Shown piece by piece: positions 60,387-64,000 of a stretch of DNA of 64,000 bases. Numbering within the stretch: the stretch's first letter is position 1; every line of letters starts with the position of its first letter. The translations under genes were made by a program, and so were the position numbers. A model generated the notes under the pieces. It worked only from the letters and a program-made list of their open reading frames with translations, had not been told where the DNA came from and did not search any database. Origin of the DNA: a virus (lineage: Duplodnaviria; Heunggongvirae; Uroviricota; Caudoviricetes); the IMG/VR virus record IMGVR_UViG_3300001336_000001, positions 223,856 to 287,855 of that record, one strand, 5' to 3'.

Positions 60387-60781
60387 TGTATAACAATATT
60401 AAATATCTGCTACGTGAAGAATTGCAAATGATGCCAAAACGAGAAATTGTTGGTAAATTTATTGATTTTGTTAAAGACAATTTAGGTATAACCAATTATT
60501 TTAAAGTAAACCTAACTAATGATAAAAATGGTATCAGAACAACGGCAGTATACAATCATAATGGAAAGATGGTGATTTATATCAAAAACAGAGCTATGGT
60601 TGATATATTAAGGTCAATAGCCCACGAAATGGTCCACCATAAACAAAACGAAGATGGATTATTAACTGGAGACCCATCAGAAGGTTCGGATGGGTCAGAA
60701 ATTGAGAATGAGGCCAATGCAAAGGCTGGTGAATTAATTAGAATATTCGGTAGACAAAACCCAGAAATATATACTACTTAA
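60386..60781 (+). CDS. Small zincin metallopeptidase
   Basis: 'RSIAHEMVHHKQ' HExxH plus 'ENEANA'. Confidence 0.75.
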   Translation: MYNNIKYLLREELQMMPKREIVGKFIDFVKDNLGITNYFKVNLTNDKNGIRTTAVYNHNGKMVIYIKNRAMVDILRSIAHEMVHHKQNEDGLLTGDPSEGSDGSEIENEANAKAGELIRIFGRQNPEIYTT

Positions 60782-61926
60782 AATGGTAATATATCATCTA
60801 ATTCAGCAAACAACCCACTATCTTTATGGTTTATCAACCCATTAACATTATTAAAACTTTCGATAAATCGATTAACCTCACTAATTAATTCGTCTGGTGG
60901 TAAAGAATTACCATACCCCCTCATTTGGTCCAACCTTAAACTACTATTGGGGTAATTCGGGTTACTTAAACCAACTTCCAAAGTGTACCTATCGAGACTA
61001 AATATGGCACAAGTACCACTCTCAACCTTACTAACGTATGTTGCAACACAATGGTTATTTTTTATACCCTCAAAAGCAATACGTTTAGTTCTTTTAATTA
61101 GTTCATAACCAGAATACTCTTCAAACTCATAAAAAATATCTTTTATTTTAATATCCCTATCACCCTCAATATAAAGTATATTAGTTATCTCCATGGACCA
61201 CGAATCATGCTCCTCCTTTAATCGTTTTGGTGACCAAGAACAATTAACCTTTTTATCTAACATTCTAGCCATCCTTAATGTATCATAAAATAATACATAA
61301 TCATATTCATCAATAGTATTAGATAAATTCTCAATATTTAACATGTATTCAGTATAATGTTTCACCGAATACACTGATGACGCAGTATGTTTATTTAAAT
61401 ATGGTATTAATTTTTTTGCAACCAAATAAGGTACACCAAAAATATGTCTTAAAGCTTTTCTCCTATTAAATAACTTATATTTAATAATCGAACTAAATGT
61501 TAGGTTATGAAACACAAACTCCTCATGAATAAACCTAATCCAACCAAACTCCTTAGTTAATTCATCTAATATAATAGGGGTAAAATCATGATTCGGTATA
61601 TATGTATCTAAAGTGTTAATTGATAGGTGTTTAATCCCATATTTATTTGTTATATAAAATTTACCCGAACGATATCGAATAGTAAAATTTCGTTTTTCAT
61701 TAGAATAAAAACGATTAGTCTTACTAACACCAAAGGTCTTTGTAAAACAAACAATGTCAAAGTTGTCAGAACCTAAATTAAATCTAACTATACGCTTAAC
61801 TTTATAATTATCCCCACCATTATTCATGAAAATAACTCTAGCATAATATGGATTATTTTTATATACTTTAACCAAATTATCTATTAACTCATTTTTACCC
61901 ACATGTAAAACTTTAAAATCACTCAT
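60778..61926 (-). CDS. PcfJ-like domain protein (start revised)
   Basis: 'LKEEHD', 'EGIKNNHCVATY', 'TLEV', 'QMRGYGN'. Confidence 0.75.
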   Translation of the reverse strand: MSDFKVLHVGKNELIDNLVKVYKNNPYYARVIFMNNGGDNYKVKRIVRFNLGSDNFDIVCFTKTFGVSKTNRFYSNEKRNFTIRYRSGKFYITNKYGIKHLSINTLDTYIPNHDFTPIILDELTKEFGWIRFIHEEFVFHNLTFSSIIKYKLFNRRKALRHIFGVPYLVAKKLIPYLNKHTASSVYSVKHYTEYMLNIENLSNTIDEYDYVLFYDTLRMARMLDKKVNCSWSPKRLKEEHDSWSMEITNILYIEGDRDIKIKDIFYEFEEYSGYELIKRTKRIAFEGIKNNHCVATYVSKVESGTCAIFSLDRYTLEVGLSNPNYPNSSLRLDQMRGYGNSLPPDELISEVNRFIESFNNVNGLINHKDSGLFAELDDILPF

Positions 61927-62057
61927 GTTTATATTTTTGATAGTGCAAATATAAGTAAAAAAAAATGAATCCACAAAAAAAATATAAAAAAAATTAATTT
62001 ATTAAAATTATTTTACTATATTTGCAATGTTGAAAAAATTAAATTAAAGATACTATA

Positions 62058-62393
62058 ATGATTACATTAACTTTTAATAAAGAAGAATCTAATAGGTGGT
62101 TTGTGGACTTACCAACGTGGACTGGACCAAAAGATGATTTAGAAATGGTTATGGGTGCTGATACATTCTTAGATATACTATCTGAAGCTGAAAGTTCAGT
62201 AACACTAAATATGTCAACATCAGAATACCCAAACTCAGAACTATTGGTTTATCTAAACGAAGAATACGATGGGGCGTTTTACCATCTAGAATCTTATTCA
62301 TCGATTGAATTTAATTTAGATATTTGGTTATGTCATGTTACCAAATTTGTGTTTGGTGACTTCCCAACAATAATATATTTCAATAAAATATAA
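62058..62393 (+). CDS. DUF6717-like protein
   Basis: 'MVMGADTFLD', 'IWLCHVTKFVFGDFPTIIY'. Confidence 0.55.
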   Translation: MITLTFNKEESNRWFVDLPTWTGPKDDLEMVMGADTFLDILSEAESSVTLNMSTSEYPNSELLVYLNEEYDGAFYHLESYSSIEFNLDIWLCHVTKFVFGDFPTIIYFNKI

Positions 62394-62395
62394 AT

Positions 62396-62854
62396 ATGAA
62401 AGCAACAAAATTTTTAATATCAAATGGTTCAATAATGGACTTAGAACTTTTACTTACTGTTTATGAGGATGACACCTTCAACCTTGTGAAAGATTTAAAT
62501 AATTACCAACCTAATAGGTTAGTATATTCAGTTGATGATGACGATGCTTCAACACTTGATAAGTGGGGAACGATTACTGAATTATCAAATTATCTAGAAG
62601 AATTAATAAATGATAACTTAGATGATTTATCGTATGCTGAAGCTAATTACGTTGGTACTATTAAATTTGAAGATAGAAAAAGTATTTTTGCTGAATTAAA
62701 AACCATATACTCCAAAGAACATGATTTCATTGAAGTTACCGAATGGACAAATGGTGAAGGGTTCGACATAACAATTAGTGATGATAAACAAATATCACTT
62801 CATGAAACAGAATTAGATGTTATTAACCTACTCGTTAAAAAACTTAGACCTTAA
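62396..62854 (+). CDS. Hypothetical protein
   Basis: 152 aa; 'FIEVTEWTNGEGFDI'. Confidence 0.55.
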   Translation: MKATKFLISNGSIMDLELLLTVYEDDTFNLVKDLNNYQPNRLVYSVDDDDASTLDKWGTITELSNYLEELINDNLDDLSYAEANYVGTIKFEDRKSIFAELKTIYSKEHDFIEVTEWTNGEGFDITISDDKQISLHETELDVINLLVKKLRP

Positions 62855-63061
62855 ATGACTATTATTCACGAAATACAGCAAGTTATATTCATTAATACCC
62901 CACATGGTGAATCCCAAGCACTATTCATAATTGATTATGGTTTGCACCTAAATACAATATGGGTCGCAACTAATAAAGGAGATGGTAAAATAAGGCATTA
63001 CGATAGTAATCAAATATCTTTAATTAAAAATAATACAATAGATTTCAACGTTGGTTGTTAA
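62855..63061 (+). CDS. Hypothetical protein
   Basis: 68-aa ORF. Confidence 0.55.
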   Translation: MTIIHEIQQVIFINTPHGESQALFIIDYGLHLNTIWVATNKGDGKIRHYDSNQISLIKNNTIDFNVGC

Positions 63062-63072
63062 ATCTTTATTTG

Positions 63073-63561
63073 TCATATTAATCCAAATCTTTTTGCATCC
63101 TCTTCCTGTTGGTCAGATAACTGCCAACCATTAGATACTCTAATCTTAATATATTCCAATTTCAACTCATCTGTAGCATCTGAATACTCTTGGTCAGTTA
63201 ACCTATAATTCTCTGATATTCTCATCTTAATATATTCCAATTTCAAATTATCAGGTGTAATTGAATATTGTTATGTTACCCTCTTAATATACTTAAATTT
63301 CAAATCATCAGGCGCATCTGAATACTCTTGGCCAGATAAACTATCACCCTTAGATATCAGACCCTTAATATATTCCAATTTCGAATCATATGGTAATAAT
63401 ATATATTCATAGTCATCTAGAGCACTACCTGTTTGCTCAATAGCAATAAGTCTCTTACGGATATAGGTATTCTTTAAGTTATTTGATAACTTGGATATTT
63501 GATATTCTGGTAACTCCAACCCAGTATCCACATATTGTCTTATCAAATCTTTATTTGTCAT
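63073..63561 (-). pseudogene. 27-aa-repeat gene copy interrupted by an in-frame TAA at 63271-63273
   Basis: After the stop the same frame continues QYSITPDNLKLEYIK...EEDAKRFGLI*; the unit containing the stop is 8 codons short. Confidence 0.75.
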
Positions 63562-64000
63562 ATTAATCCAAATCTTTTTGCATCTTCTTCTTGTTTATCG
63601 GTTAACCTCTTACCAATAGACATTAACCTCTTAATATATTCCAATTTCAAATTATCAGGTGTAACTGAATACTGTTTGTCAGATAAACTTCCACCATCAG
63701 ATACCACACTCTTAATATATTCCAATTTCAAGTTATCTGGAGTAACTGAATACTGTTTGTCAGATAATTCCCCACCATTAGATACTCTAATCTTAATATA
63801 CCCCAATTTCAACTCATCAGGCGCATCTGAATACTGTTGGTCAGATAACTGCCAACCATTAGATACTCTAATCTTAATATATTCCAATTTTAAATTATCA
63901 GGTGCATCTGAATACTCTTGGTCAGTTAACCTATAATTCTCTGATATTCTCATCTTAATATATTCCAATTTCAAATTATCAGGTGTAATTGAATATTGTT
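63558..64000 (-). CDS. 27-aa (81-bp) tandem-repeat protein, 5' end beyond window
   Basis: At least five units of LKLEYIKxxxSxGxxLSDxQYSxxPDx. Confidence 0.75.
   Translation of the reverse strand, partial: QYSITPDNLKLEYIKMRISENYRLTDQEYSDAPDNLKLEYIKIRVSNGWQLSDQQYSDAPDELKLGYIKIRVSNGGELSDKQYSVTPDNLKLEYIKSVVSDGGSLSDKQYSVTPDNLKLEYIKRLMSIGKRLTDKQEEDAKRFGLI

Noticed and set aside
63271-63273. Programmed readthrough of the in-frame TAA
   Set aside because: TAA is the dominant stop here and coincides with an 8-codon shortening of the repeat unit, so a deletion scar is simpler.
1-64000. Stop-codon reassignment (TAG/TGA), as in some Bacteroidota phages
   Set aside because: Core genes are full length under code 11, and TAG/TGA terminate genes at sensible positions (e.g. 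8977, 16634, 55541).
63060-64000. CRISPR array or DGR template/variable repeat
   Set aside because: Units are 81-bp in-frame coding repeats without unique spacers; differences are not adenine-restricted; no cas or reverse transcriptase in the window.
1-64000. tRNA/rRNA genes
   Set aside because: Intergenic gaps are short and AT-rich, and none showed a cloverleaf or T-loop signature by eye.

Overview
AT-rich segment of a T4-related jumbo/huge tailed phage that uses the standard genetic code and almost certainly infects a Bacteroidota host. Host evidence: eight TTG-N19/20-TAnnTTTG promoters, no Shine-Dalgarno motifs, and a 'SCKKE' lipoprotein. Left to right: 5' part of a family-B DNA polymerase (missed by the ORF track); baseplate/tail-like genes; a ~14.5 kb glycosyltransferase/nucleotide-metabolism island (six GT genes, UDP-sugar dehydrogenase, SAM methyltransferase, dUTPase, GMP reductase/IMPDH, PhoH); a gp55-like sigma factor; baseplate genes; an HNH endonuclease; the head module (MCP, scaffold, prohead protease, intein-containing portal, large terminase); thyA, acyl-CoA thioesterase, ClpC, GH73 hydrolase, LRR and PcfJ-like proteins; and a tandem array of 27-aa-repeat genes at the right edge. 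Most notable: (1) a probable programmed -1 frameshift at an A10 run joining two putative head-protein ORFs; (2) about a dozen accessory proteins (WYL, GNAT, metallopeptidase) with N-terminal leaders resembling T4 capsid-targeting sequences; (3) a three-class promoter system whose late motif ATATTTATA is the reverse complement of the T4 late box; (4) a holin-like + stand-alone PAS gene pair inside the head module; (5) a structured 5' leader plus end-to-end complementarity around a zinc-ribbon gene; (6) a gene cassette bounded by a duplicated terminator with an inverted loop. All family calls come from motif recognition by eye; no searches were run.
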